Notes: generated from the letters alone by a model not told the origin. DNA of 64,000 nt from an uncultured Bacteroidales bacterium (GCA_963701745.1 CAVPBE010000001.1:1367931-1431930), one strand, 5' to 3'. Positions 42,511 through 52,347 are shown, counted from the stretch's first letter. Translations and numbers: made by a program.

Positions 42511-43599
42511 ATGGAAAAAGAATCACACCAAAAAGAAGTCTATAAAAGCACTCTTCACAAAATGACACAGACTACCCCCACGATCCTGTGGAATGATTCC
42601 TGTTCAATTGAAGAGCTGACTTACTCGATCGGACACGGTGCTTTGGGGGCAACTTGTAATCCGGTAATTGTCTTAAACGTTCTTAAACAGGAGTGGGATA
42701 TCTGGAAATTTAGAATTCCGGAAATAATAAAAGAAAATCAGACTGCCACCGAGGATGAAATTGCCTGGAAACTCATTGAAGAAATGTCGGTGAATGCAGC
42801 AGCCATTCTCAAGCCTGTATTTGACAGAGAGAATGGAAAGAATGGAAGGTTATCAATCCAGACAGATCCTCGGTTTTACCGGGATTCAAAAAGGATTCTT
42901 TTGCAGGCTGAACATTTCAACCGGCTTGCACCTAACATGATCGTTAAAATTCCGGTAACAAAAGCCGGGATAGAAGCAATTGAAGAGGCTACTTACCGTG
43001 GAATAAGCATTAATGCTACAGTAAGTTTTACCATCCCCCAGGCTATAGCTGTGGCCGAAGCCGTGGAACGCGGGCTGTCCAGGAGGGAAAAGGAGAAGAA
43101 GGATATCAGCACAATGGGACCTGTATGCACACTTATGGTAGGCAGACTTGATGACTGGCTGAAGGTGGTGACGGAAAAAGAAAACATAATTGCCAACCCC
43201 GAGACTGTCGACTGGGCAGGTATTGCTGTTATGAAGAAAGCATACAGAATATATAATGAACGCGGATATCGTCTCAGGCTGTTAAGCGCCGCATTCAGAC
43301 ATCACCGGCACTGGTCGGAATTCATTGGTGGCAATGTAGTCATCTCTCCACCCTGTCAGTGGCAGAAAAGATATAACGCATCCGATGTGACTGTTGAGAA
43401 CAGGATGGATATCCCTGTTAATCCGGCCATAATTAACGAACTTGAGAAAAAGTTTGTGGATTTCCGTCGGGCTTATGATGAAAATGGGATGAAAATTGAA
43501 GAGTTCGACGGATTTGGAGCGACTGTAAGGACCTTACGCCAATTTTGCCAGGCTACTACTGACCTGATTTTGAAAATCCGGGATTTAATGTTGATATAG
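42511..43599 (+). CDS. Transaldolase-family (class I aldolase fold) protein
   Basis: 362 aa. GATCNPVI near the N-terminus and the Schiff-base lysine context NMIVKIPVTKAGIEAIE. Confidence 0.8.
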   Translation: MEKESHQKEVYKSTLHKMTQTTPTILWNDSCSIEELTYSIGHGALGATCNPVIVLNVLKQEWDIWKFRIPEIIKENQTATEDEIAWKLIEEMSVNAAAILKPVFDRENGKNGRLSIQTDPRFYRDSKRILLQAEHFNRLAPNMIVKIPVTKAGIEAIEEATYRGISINATVSFTIPQAIAVAEAVERGLSRREKEKKDISTMGPVCTLMVGRLDDWLKVVTEKENIIANPETVDWAGIAVMKKAYRIYNERGYRLRLLSAAFRHHRHWSEFIGGNVVISPPCQWQKRYNASDVTVENRMDIPVNPAIINELEKKFVDFRRAYDENGMKIEEFDGFGATVRTLRQFCQATTDLILKIRDLMLI

Positions 43600-43632
43600 A
43601 GTAGAAATAAAGTAGAAATAAAGTAGAAATAA
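43600..43632. repeat. Perfect 11-bp tandem repeat agtagaaataa x3, immediately upstream of iolB
   Basis: Copies at 43600-43610, 43611-43621 and 43622-43632. The repeat begins one nt after the transaldolase stop codon. Confidence 0.9.
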
Positions 43633-43642
43633 GGGTAAGATA

Positions 43643-44536
43643 ATGATCAGAGATATAAAATGCCACTTACTGGTAAAATCATCTCTGGATGAAGAGATAT
43701 ACCAGACTATTCCTTCTGAGGAGGCCGGATGGAAGTATCTGAATTTCTCAGCGAGAACCATGAAGCCAGGACAGAAGTGGAAAGGGGAAACCGGCGATAA
43801 TGAGTACCTGTTTGTACTGCTCGGAGGTAATTTTTCAGCAGAAACCTCGGCAGGAACCTGGAAAACATGGAACGGAAGAAAAGATGTATTCAGCGGTATG
43901 CCACATGCTTTGTACCTCCCTCCTCAAACTGAATTTGAAATTTCCCCTGCTGGCGATATTCTTGACATCGCATGCGGATGGTGCTTTGCCGATAAAAAAT
44001 ATCCAGCCCGTTTAATATCACCCGATGACGTTGTTGAAATGGGTATAGAATTCCGTGGTGGTGATAATGCCAGCAGGCAGATAAACAGTATTTTGCCGCC
44101 TGGATCCGAAAGCAGCAGACTGGTTTGTGTTGAGGTTTACACTCCTTCTGGGAACTGGAGTTCATTCCCTGCTCATAAGCATGATACAAGAAAAACTGAT
44201 CCGGTTACCGGCAAATTATTGGAGGCCAGGCTTGAAGAGATATATTTTTATAAGATCGATAAACCACAGGGTTTTGCTTTTCAAAGGGTATATAACGACG
44301 ACCGCAGCCTTGATGAAATAGCAGAGGCACATAACAACGATCTTGTTTTGGTGCCTGAAGGATACCATCCTGTTGTTGCAGGACACGGATACAATGTTTA
44401 TTACCTTAATTTCCTTGCCGGAAGCGACCAGAGTCTTGTCAGTACCGATGACCCTGACCATAAATGGATTTATGGTACATGGAAAGGTATGGATCCGAGG
44501 ATTCCAATTGTTACTATTGAAATGAATTGTAAGTAA
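43643..44536 (+). CDS. iolB: 5-deoxy-glucuronate isomerase
   Basis: 297 aa cupin-type protein (SFPAHKHD...) of IolB length and pattern, adjacent to iolD. Confidence 0.75.
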   Translation: MIRDIKCHLLVKSSLDEEIYQTIPSEEAGWKYLNFSARTMKPGQKWKGETGDNEYLFVLLGGNFSAETSAGTWKTWNGRKDVFSGMPHALYLPPQTEFEISPAGDILDIACGWCFADKKYPARLISPDDVVEMGIEFRGGDNASRQINSILPPGSESSRLVCVEVYTPSGNWSSFPAHKHDTRKTDPVTGKLLEARLEEIYFYKIDKPQGFAFQRVYNDDRSLDEIAEAHNNDLVLVPEGYHPVVAGHGYNVYYLNFLAGSDQSLVSTDDPDHKWIYGTWKGMDPRIPIVTIEMNCK

Positions 44537-44559
44537 TGATAAATTAGAAGTTAATCCTG

Positions 44560-46420
44560 ATGAAAACAAACAAATTGACTGTCGGGCAGGCAATAGTCAG
44601 GTTTTTAAAGAACCAGTATGTTGAACGTGATGGCATTGAAAATCCATTTTTTGCAGGATGTCTGGGAATATTTGGTCACGGAATTGTTGCGGGGGTGGGC
44701 GAGGGGTTAATGGAGAATCCTGAATTCCGTTACTATATGACCAGGAATGAACAGGCTTCGGTGCATATCGCGACTGCATATGCCAAGATGAAGAATCGTC
44801 TTGGTACCTTTGCCTGCATATCATCAATTGGACCTGGCGCCACGAATATGATAACAGGGGCAGCCTGTGCAACGATCAACAGACTTCCTGTACTGATAAT
44901 GCCGGGCGATATTTTTGTACGCCGGAACGTAGCTCCTGTTCTTCAACAGCTTGAATCTTCTTATTCCCAGGATATATCTGTTAATGACTGTTTCAAACCT
45001 GTTTCAAAATACTGGGATAGGATCAGCCGACCCGAACAATTAATCACCTCGCTGCCAGAGGTGATGAGAGTTCTGACTTCACCCTCCGATACGGGAGCTG
45101 TCACACTCTCTCTGCCACAGGATGTACAGGCAGAGGCATTTGACTTCCCTGAAGAATTACTCCTGAAGAGAATATGGAGAATTGGAAGACCAAGGCCTGA
45201 TTCGGGAGCTTTAAAAGAAGCTGCAAGGCTTATCAGAAATTCCAAAAAGCCGGTAATTATTGCAGGTGGTGGTGTGATCTACAGTGAGGCAACGGAAGTT
45301 TTGAAAAAAATTGCAGAACAGACAGGAATTCCTGTGGCTGAGACATTTGCAGGGAAAGGCTCTTTGCCGTATAACCACCCTTCCAATCTTGGAGCAGTGG
45401 GTGCAACCGGAACTCCGGGTGCAAATGAATTCACCTCTGAAGCTGATCTGGTAATCGGCATCGGAACACGTTACAGTGATTTTACAACTGCATCAAAGAC
45501 AGCTTTTCAGAATCCGGATGTGAAATTTATAAATATTAATGTCGCCGGGTTCGATTCATATAAGCATTGTGCATTACCTGTAACAGCCGACGCCCGGGTA
45601 TGTCTTGAAGAGCTTTATGGATTGGTTGGTGATTTCAGGGTTTCCGAAGATTATATTCAGCAACGCTGTAAATGCAAATAAAGCTTGGGACGAGAAGGTA
45701 ACTGAGATTTACAAAGTCTCGGGTGCAATACCTGTATCACAGGCAGAAGTTGTAGGCGCCGTAAACGAGTGTGCCGGTCCTCGCGACGTTGTACTGTGCG
45801 CTGCAGGGAGTCTGCCCGGCGACCTTCATAAGCTCTGGAGGACCATCGATCCGAAAGGTTTTCACCTTGAATATGGTTATTCAACAATGGGATATGAATG
45901 TGCTGCAGGTATAGGTGCAAAGATGGCCTGTCCCGATCGTGAGATATTCGTCATGGTTGGCGATGGGAACTACCTTATGATGAACAATGAAATTGTTACA
46001 GCTATTCAGGAAGGGATTAAGGTCACAATTGTTCTGCTGAATAACAACGGATTCGGAAGCATAGGGGCATTGTCTGAGTCGATCGGATCAAAGCGTTTCG
46101 GAACGAAATACCGTTACCGCGATCAGAAAACTGGTCAACTAACCGGTGCGACACTACCGGTGAATCTTGCACAAAATGCCCGCAGTCTGGGAGCGAATGT
46201 GATTGAAGTAAAAGATATTGACTCTCTTAAGAAAGCCCTTACAGAAGCAAAGAACGAAACTGTAACAACGGTTATCACTATTGAGACAGACCTTTGCAAG
46301 GGAGTTCCGGGTTATGCCTGGTGGGAAGTGGCTGTCGCAGAAGTCTCTGAAATAGATACAGTTAAAGAAGCCTATAAAACTTATTTAAAAAATAAAAAGA
46401 AACAAAGATATTTTCTTTAA
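44560..46420 (+). pseudogene. iolD: 3D-(3,5/4)-trihydroxycyclohexane-1,2-dione acylhydrolase (TPP enzyme) split by a +1 frameshift
   Basis: ORFs 44560..45681 (373 aa, TPP-enzyme N-terminal and central domains) and 45605..46420 (271 aa, TPP motif GDGNYLMMNNE...LLNNNGFG) overlap in different frames. Together they add up to about normal IolD length. Confidence 0.75.
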
Positions 46421-46525
46421 AATTTAGACTTTGTGTCTTTGCATCTTTGTGGCATAAAAAAATAGCAATAAAGTCATACAGTTATCATTGAAAAATGACA
46501 AAATCAAAGAAAAATCTTATAGTTA

Positions 46526-46614
46526 CACAGAGATCCACGGAGAATCATGGAGATCCACAGAGATTTGATTTCTTAACTCTGTGTGCCTCTGTGACTTCTC
46601 TGTTTAGCTCTGTG
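46526..46614. repeat. Phased-heptamer hairpin element, CACAGAG word, inside the iol operon
   Basis: CACAGAG/CACGGAG/CATGGAG/CACAGAG at 46526-46562. CTCTGTG/CTCTGTT at 46577-46614. The loop atttgatttcttaa closely resembles the 9811 copy. Confidence 0.9.
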
Positions 46615-46707
46615 CTAGTTCTTATATTCGTTTTTTATAGGCCAAAATGTGTAAATATCATCTAAATCAAAATAGGAAATCATTTTGAAAAACTGAAATT
46701 ATAAAAC

Positions 46708-48180
46708 ATGACAGGAGTTCTTAAAAATTATATCAACGGGGAATGGGTTGAAAGCAGAGGTACATCGTTCCTTGATGTTGTCAATCCGGCTGATGGTGAT
46801 CTTCTTGCAAGGGTCCCGGCCGGATCAGCTGATGATGTTGCACTTGCAGCAGAAAAAGCTTACCGGGCATATTTGTCCTGGAGAGAGGTCCCTGCAACAC
46901 AGCGTATTCAGTATCTCTTCAGGATGAAGCAGATACTTGAAAAAAATGCTGATGAAATTTCAGAGGTCTGTACCAAAGAGAGTGGTAAGACTTTTGCTGA
47001 GTCAAAGGCTGAGATCGTGCGGGCAGTCGAAAACATAGAGGTTGCCTGTGGAATACCAAAACTATTGCAAAGCGAATTTTCGGAAGATATAACAAAAGGG
47101 GTCGATGAGTTTGTTATACGTCAACCGGTTGGTGTTGGTGCATGCATAGCCCCATTCAACTTCCCTGTTATGATAGCATTCTGGTTTATGCCATATGCTG
47201 TCGCCTGTGGCAACGCATATATTGTGAAGCCCTCAGAGAAAGTGCCAGCGACAATGACTCGTATATTCGAGCTCTTTGAAGAACTGAAGCTTCCCACGGG
47301 AGTACTGAATTTGGTTCATGGTGGAAAAGAGACTGTTGATGCAATTCTTAATCATCCGAACATACCTGCAATAAGCTTTGTCGGCTCCACCAGGGTGGCA
47401 AAATACATTTATCAGACAGGTGTGGCAAACGGGAAGCGTATCCAGGCACAGGGCGGTGCAAAGAATCCCGTTGTGGTAATGCCTGATGCTGATCCGGATA
47501 CTACTGTGAAAATTATTTCTGACAGTGCTTTCGGATGTGCCGGACAACGTTGTCTTGCTGCTTCTCTTGTTATTATGGTAGGTGATGCTTACAAAACCTT
47601 CACTCATAAAATTGTCACTGCAGCCAGGGCAAAAAAGACCGGAAATGGTTTAACAGCCGGAGTTGAAATGGGACCTGTCATTACCGGAGAGAGCAAAGAC
47701 CGCATCAACGGTCTAATCCAAAAAGGATTGGATGATGGTGCAAATCTGCTTCTGGATGGGCGAAAAATCGTTGTGCCAGGCTTTGAAAAGGGTAATTTCA
47801 TCGGTCCGACGGTTCTGGGAAATGTAAGTCCTGAAAGTGAGATCTATGGTACTGAAGTATTCGGACCTGTATTGTGTATTATCAGTACTGAAACTCTTGA
47901 AGATGCAATAACTCTTATAAACAGGAGCAGGTATGGCAATTCAGCCTGCATCTTTACGCGAAATGGCGCCGCAGCCAGGAAATTCAGGCATGATACTCTG
48001 GCAGGAAATATCGGAATTAACATAGGAATAGCTGCTCCAATGGCATTTTTTCCGTTCAGCGGTTGGAAGGACAGCTTTTTTGGCGACCTTCACGGTCAGT
48101 CTAACCATGCAGTTGAATTCTATACCCAGACAAAAGTCGTTATTGAGCGCTGGCATGATGAATGGACAAGGAAATTCTAA
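46708..48180 (+). CDS. iolA: CoA-acylating methylmalonate/malonate-semialdehyde dehydrogenase
   Basis: 490-aa ALDH-family protein with catalytic Cys context FGCAGQRCLAAS. The N-terminus NYINGEWVES is typical of MmsA/IolA. Confidence 0.85.
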   Translation: MTGVLKNYINGEWVESRGTSFLDVVNPADGDLLARVPAGSADDVALAAEKAYRAYLSWREVPATQRIQYLFRMKQILEKNADEISEVCTKESGKTFAESKAEIVRAVENIEVACGIPKLLQSEFSEDITKGVDEFVIRQPVGVGACIAPFNFPVMIAFWFMPYAVACGNAYIVKPSEKVPATMTRIFELFEELKLPTGVLNLVHGGKETVDAILNHPNIPAISFVGSTRVAKYIYQTGVANGKRIQAQGGAKNPVVVMPDADPDTTVKIISDSAFGCAGQRCLAASLVIMVGDAYKTFTHKIVTAARAKKTGNGLTAGVEMGPVITGESKDRINGLIQKGLDDGANLLLDGRKIVVPGFEKGNFIGPTVLGNVSPESEIYGTEVFGPVLCIISTETLEDAITLINRSRYGNSACIFTRNGAAARKFRHDTLAGNIGINIGIAAPMAFFPFSGWKDSFFGDLHGQSNHAVEFYTQTKVVIERWHDEWTRKF

Positions 48181-48191
48181 TACTAAACGAT

Positions 48192-49091
48192 ATGATAAAA
48201 ATTGCAAATGCCCCATGTTCCTGGGGTATACTTGAATTTGAACTTGAAGGCAAAGCTGCCGGTTTTGAACAGGTTCTTGATGAAATCCAGGAAACCGGTT
48301 ATAAGGGCACCGAGCTTGGTGACTGGGGTTTCATGCCCATCGTTCCGAAGGAACTCAGAAAAGAGCTTGACAAACGTTCCCTGGCAATGGTTGGAGCTTT
48401 TGTCCCTGTCTTTCTGAAGGACAAAAACAAGCATGCCGCTGGTGCCGAAAATGCAGTTAAAACAGCATCGTTGATGGCAGATGCTGGCTTCCCCGATGCC
48501 TTTATTGTGCTTGCCGATGAAAACGGAAGTGTAAAAGAACGTACCCTGAATGCCGGAAGAGTAACTCCGTCGATGGGACTTACTGACGCTGAATGGAAAG
48601 TGTTTGCCGAAGGTGCTGATCTGGTTGCGCGTGCAGTTAAAGCCCGGACGGGATTGCGCACTGTCTTTCATCATCATTGCGCGGGATATGTTGAAACACC
48701 GGACGAAATTGATAAACTACTATCACTGACTGATCCTTCACTTGTCGGCCTTGTTCTTGACATGGGCCATTATAAGTTTGGCGGTGGTGATCCACTTAAG
48801 GCTCTGAAGAAGCATAAAGGCAGGATATGGCATATACATTTTAAGGATTGTCACCCTGGAACGGCAAAAAAATCACAGAAAGATGGATGGGATTATTTTA
48901 AATCGGTGGCTGGAGGAGTTTTTTGTGAGCTTGGAAAGGGTTCAGTTGATTTCACGGCAATTGTCAAAGAGCTTCATGCCCAGAAATACTCAGGCTGGAT
49001 AGTTGTTGAACAAGATGTTCTTCCGGGAATGGGAAATCCGAAAGTATGCGCGAAACGTAACCGGGAATTTATAAAGTCACTTGGGTTATAA
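48192..49091 (+). CDS. Xylose isomerase-like TIM-barrel protein, probable inosose dehydratase (IolE-like)
   Basis: The start was chosen at MIKIANAPCSWG, after the iolA stop. It belongs to the TIM-barrel family and sits between iolA and iolG. I cannot distinguish IolE from IolI/IolH by eye. Confidence 0.6.
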   Translation: MIKIANAPCSWGILEFELEGKAAGFEQVLDEIQETGYKGTELGDWGFMPIVPKELRKELDKRSLAMVGAFVPVFLKDKNKHAAGAENAVKTASLMADAGFPDAFIVLADENGSVKERTLNAGRVTPSMGLTDAEWKVFAEGADLVARAVKARTGLRTVFHHHCAGYVETPDEIDKLLSLTDPSLVGLVLDMGHYKFGGGDPLKALKKHKGRIWHIHFKDCHPGTAKKSQKDGWDYFKSVAGGVFCELGKGSVDFTAIVKELHAQKYSGWIVVEQDVLPGMGNPKVCAKRNREFIKSLGL

Positions 49092-49102
49092 TGAATAAAG
49101 AT

Positions 49103-49194
49103 GCTGGTTACTGGTTACTTGTTGCTGGTTAACAGGCACCCAGCACTTAGAAGAAAGCAACAAGCAACAAGCAGAAAAGAAACAAGCAAACAAG
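49103..49194. repeat. Phased-unit hairpin element, CTGGTTA / CAACAAG word
   Basis: The left arm is gctggttactggttacttgttgctggttaac. The right arm is agcaacaagcaacaagcagaaaagaaacaagcaaacaag. Confidence 0.8.
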
Positions 49195-49232
49195 AAACTC
49201 TTATATATAACATAATCTTATAAATCGTAAAT

Positions 49233-50246
49233 ATGAAAAAACTAAAACTTGGAGTTATTGGTACCGGAAGGATAGGTAAGGTACATATTGCAACCCTGGT
49301 TCAGAATGTTCCGCAAGCCGATGTGGTGGCTATTGCTGACATCAATCTGAGAAGCGCAACTGAAGTGGCAAAGGCATTTGGAATAACCTCTGTTTACAGC
49401 GACTACATGGACGTTCTTAAACATCCTGAAGTTGAGGCTGTTGCGATCTGCTCACCAACAGATACCCATGCAAAATACATTGTGGATGCCGCAGAGGCCG
49501 GGAAACATATTTTTTGCGAGAAACCAGTTGATCTCTCCCTTGAAGTCATAAAAGGAGCAATAGCAGCTGTAAAGAAGGCTGGGGTAAAGCTAATGGTCGG
49601 TTTTAACCGTCGATTTGATCCTAATTTCTTGAAAATAAAACAATTGGTGATTGAAGGGAAAATAGGTGAACCACACATCCTGAAGATCACTTCACGCGAT
49701 CCGGCTCCGCCACCTGCAGAGTATAGTGCAACATCAGGGGGTATGTTCATGGATATGACTATACATGATTTTGATATGGCGCGATATATTACAGGAAGCG
49801 AAGTGACAGAGGTTTATACTAAGGCGGCAGTGCTTGTCGATCCTGCTATTGGCAAAGCAGGAGATGTTGATACCGCTATTATTACGCTCAGCTTTGCAAA
49901 TGGTGCTATCGGAGTTATCGATAACAGCCGAAAAGCTGTTTATGGATATGACCAGCGTGTTGAAATATTCGGGTCCGGGGGCATGATCTGCGCTGATAAT
50001 AATTTCCCGGAGAATCACCGCTATTTTGCAGGCGATGGTGTTCATGGGTCACTTCCTCTGAACTTCTTCATGGACAGATATCTCGAGGCATATGCAAATG
50101 AGATGAAGATCTTTTGCGATGCAGTAATTAATAACAAAGAGCTTCCGGTATCCGGTACCGACGGATTGATGTCGGTCGCCATAGCTCTTGCGGCAAAAAA
50201 ATCGCAAAAGGAAAACCGGCCTGTAAAACTGAATGAAATACTGTAA
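49233..50246 (+). CDS. iolG: myo-inositol 2-dehydrogenase (Gfo/Idh/MocA family)
   Basis: 337 aa with Rossmann motif LGVIGTGRIGKVH and an EKP motif (FCEKPV). Located in the iol locus. Confidence 0.8.
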   Translation: MKKLKLGVIGTGRIGKVHIATLVQNVPQADVVAIADINLRSATEVAKAFGITSVYSDYMDVLKHPEVEAVAICSPTDTHAKYIVDAAEAGKHIFCEKPVDLSLEVIKGAIAAVKKAGVKLMVGFNRRFDPNFLKIKQLVIEGKIGEPHILKITSRDPAPPPAEYSATSGGMFMDMTIHDFDMARYITGSEVTEVYTKAAVLVDPAIGKAGDVDTAIITLSFANGAIGVIDNSRKAVYGYDQRVEIFGSGGMICADNNFPENHRYFAGDGVHGSLPLNFFMDRYLEAYANEMKIFCDAVINNKELPVSGTDGLMSVAIALAAKKSQKENRPVKLNEIL

Positions 50247-50252
50247 ATAAAT

Positions 50253-50960
50253 ATGAAAAAGATATTCATTCTATTTCTTTCTGCTTTGCTATCTGCATCA
50301 TTATCAGCTCAAAAAGGTACGTCTGTCACTATAAAAAAATGCCAGGATTTTACTGTTACCGGGGAGGGAAGTTCAGTTGCATGGAATACAACAGAATGGA
50401 TAAACCTGGCTCCCCAGGGCACTGACAATATTGACTATGAGACGAAGGTCAAGGTTCTTTATTCCGGAACGGGGATATATTTTCTTTTCAGCTGTGGGGA
50501 TGAAAAGTTGACAACCACGATGAAAGCTGACAATCTTAATCTGTGGGAAGAAGATGTCGTCGAGGTCTTTCTCTGGACATCTGAGGATTTTCCTGTTTAT
50601 TTCGAATATGAGATTTCTCCTATGGATTTTGAATTGCCGATCATAGTCCCGAACTATAAAGGAAAATTTTTAGGCTGGCTGCCATGGAATTACAGTGGAG
50701 AAAAGAGAGTCATTCATGCCACAAGTGCCATTGGGGGAGAGAAGCAGAGCGGAGGAAAAGTCAAGGGATGGATCGCTGAGTTCTTCATACCTTACAAATT
50801 GCTGAATCCCCTGCCTCAGGTTCCTCCTGTTTCGGGTACAAAATGGAGGGCGAACATGTACAGGATTGATTACGACAAGGGGGCTTCGCATTTTGCATGG
50901 CAGAAGACCAACAGATCATTCCATGAGTATAACAGCTTTGGGACGTTTGTTTTTGAGTAG
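50253..50960 (+). CDS. Secreted carbohydrate-binding family 9-like / DOMON-like protein
   Basis: 235 aa with a signal peptide. The pattern WEEDVVEVFL...YFEYEISP...WRANMYRIDYD is typical of CBM9-like domain proteins. Confidence 0.6.
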   Translation: MKKIFILFLSALLSASLSAQKGTSVTIKKCQDFTVTGEGSSVAWNTTEWINLAPQGTDNIDYETKVKVLYSGTGIYFLFSCGDEKLTTTMKADNLNLWEEDVVEVFLWTSEDFPVYFEYEISPMDFELPIIVPNYKGKFLGWLPWNYSGEKRVIHATSAIGGEKQSGGKVKGWIAEFFIPYKLLNPLPQVPPVSGTKWRANMYRIDYDKGASHFAWQKTNRSFHEYNSFGTFVFE

Positions 50961-50991
50961 AATACTTTGGATCAACTGTAGTATAATCCTG

Positions 50992-52347
50992 TTATAACTC
51001 GTCAGGAGCAACAGTTTGTTTAAGCAGGTTTTTAATATCGGGATTCCCTGCGTAGTCCAGGGCCGTTTTGCCTTCATTGTCCTTTAAAGATGGATTGCCA
51101 CCCTTTTCAAGAAGCAGCTTTACAATATCTGCATATCCGTTCATTGAAGCAACCATGAGATCGGTGTACTTTGCAGTTCTAAGAAAATCTATGTGTCCGG
51201 TTTTTTTAAGAAAAACTTTTACAATTGCTAAAAACCCGCTGCCTGAAGAACGTAAAAATGCTGTTGACCTGTCGGCATTTGCCATAAAATCATTATTGTC
51301 CTTTTTCATGGCTGACAACCCTACAGCTTCAAGGTTACCGTTCTCCATAGAAGCCACCCTTGCAGTAACAGATTCAGAATATTGAAGTTCCTTATTTGAT
51401 CCTGTGTACAGTCTCATTTTAATACTATCTGCTATATCATCTTTTGCTGTAATCACAATCGCCTTTGTGCCATCAGTTTCCCGTGAATCAGGTACAGCTC
51501 CTTTTTCAAGCAAGGCTTGAACAATATCAGTATGACCATTTAAAGAAGCCAGCATCAGGGCATCTGAACCGTCAGATGACTTTAGGTTAATATCAGCACC
51601 GGCAGCCATAAGCAGCTTTGCATAATCTGTCTGTCCAAGCATGGAGGCTGTCATAAGTGCAGTTGCACCTCCCTTATCCTGAAGATCAGGGTCAGCTCCG
51701 TTTTTTAACAAAAGCATTGCAGCATAGGTGTATCCGAAAAGGGAAGCCTGGATCAGAGCAGTAGTTTCATTATTATAATCCCGTATATCTACTTTTGCCC
51801 CTTTATCTATCAGCTGATTCATAATATCAGTAAATCCATTTTGAGACGCGAGCATCAGGGGAGTATATCCATCAGAAGCCTGGATATTTGGATTTGCTCC
51901 GTATTCAAGCAATAACCTTACAATCTCAGTCTGTCCGTTCTGTGAAGCTATCATCAGGGCGCTGCTTCCGTCAAGTGCCTGCAAATTAGGATCAAGACCC
52001 TTTTCAAGAAGAAGTTTGACAATCTTCGGATTGCCACTGTAAGCAGCAAATATCCCTGCAGCAGCACCATCTATTGCCTGTAGATTGGGATCTGCTCCCC
52101 TCCTGAGAAGAATAATGCAGGCTCTTGTGTAACCCTTTGAGGCGGCATACATCAGGATGCTTCTGTCATAAATGTCTGTGTAATTGACATTATTAATGGT
52201 TCGGGAAATTTCCACTGTATTCGCAAGATCCTGTAATCTCTCCTGTCGGGTCTGCTTTTGTTCCTCTGTTCCTGTTTGTGCAGTGACTTTAACTGCTCCG
52301 AATAACAGGAATAAACCAATCAATGCAGTTGAATATGTGCTTTTCAT
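50992..52347 (-). CDS. Secreted ankyrin-repeat protein
   Basis: 451 aa with a signal peptide. There are many repeats of the form G.T.LM.AS..G...IV..LL..GA.PN. Confidence 0.85.
   Translation of the reverse strand: MKSTYSTALIGLFLLFGAVKVTAQTGTEEQKQTRQERLQDLANTVEISRTINNVNYTDIYDRSILMYAASKGYTRACIILLRRGADPNLQAIDGAAAGIFAAYSGNPKIVKLLLEKGLDPNLQALDGSSALMIASQNGQTEIVRLLLEYGANPNIQASDGYTPLMLASQNGFTDIMNQLIDKGAKVDIRDYNNETTALIQASLFGYTYAAMLLLKNGADPDLQDKGGATALMTASMLGQTDYAKLLMAAGADINLKSSDGSDALMLASLNGHTDIVQALLEKGAVPDSRETDGTKAIVITAKDDIADSIKMRLYTGSNKELQYSESVTARVASMENGNLEAVGLSAMKKDNNDFMANADRSTAFLRSSGSGFLAIVKVFLKKTGHIDFLRTAKYTDLMVASMNGYADIVKLLLEKGGNPSLKDNEGKTALDYAGNPDIKNLLKQTVAPDEL

Noticed and set aside
45605-45681. 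I considered programmed ribosomal frameshifting in iolD.
   Set aside because: The required shift is +1. The only XXXYYYZ-like string nearby (gggtttc) is in the wrong phase for -1 slippage, and no downstream structure is evident. A mutation or sequencing error is simpler.
48183-48677. Long antisense ORFs inside confidently assigned genes: 48183..48677, 48299..48661, 44216..44593, 19405..19869, 23306..23731, 1210..1611, 1754..2152.
   Set aside because: Each lies fully within a longer ORF on the opposite strand or in another frame that has clear family motifs. None has motifs of its own.
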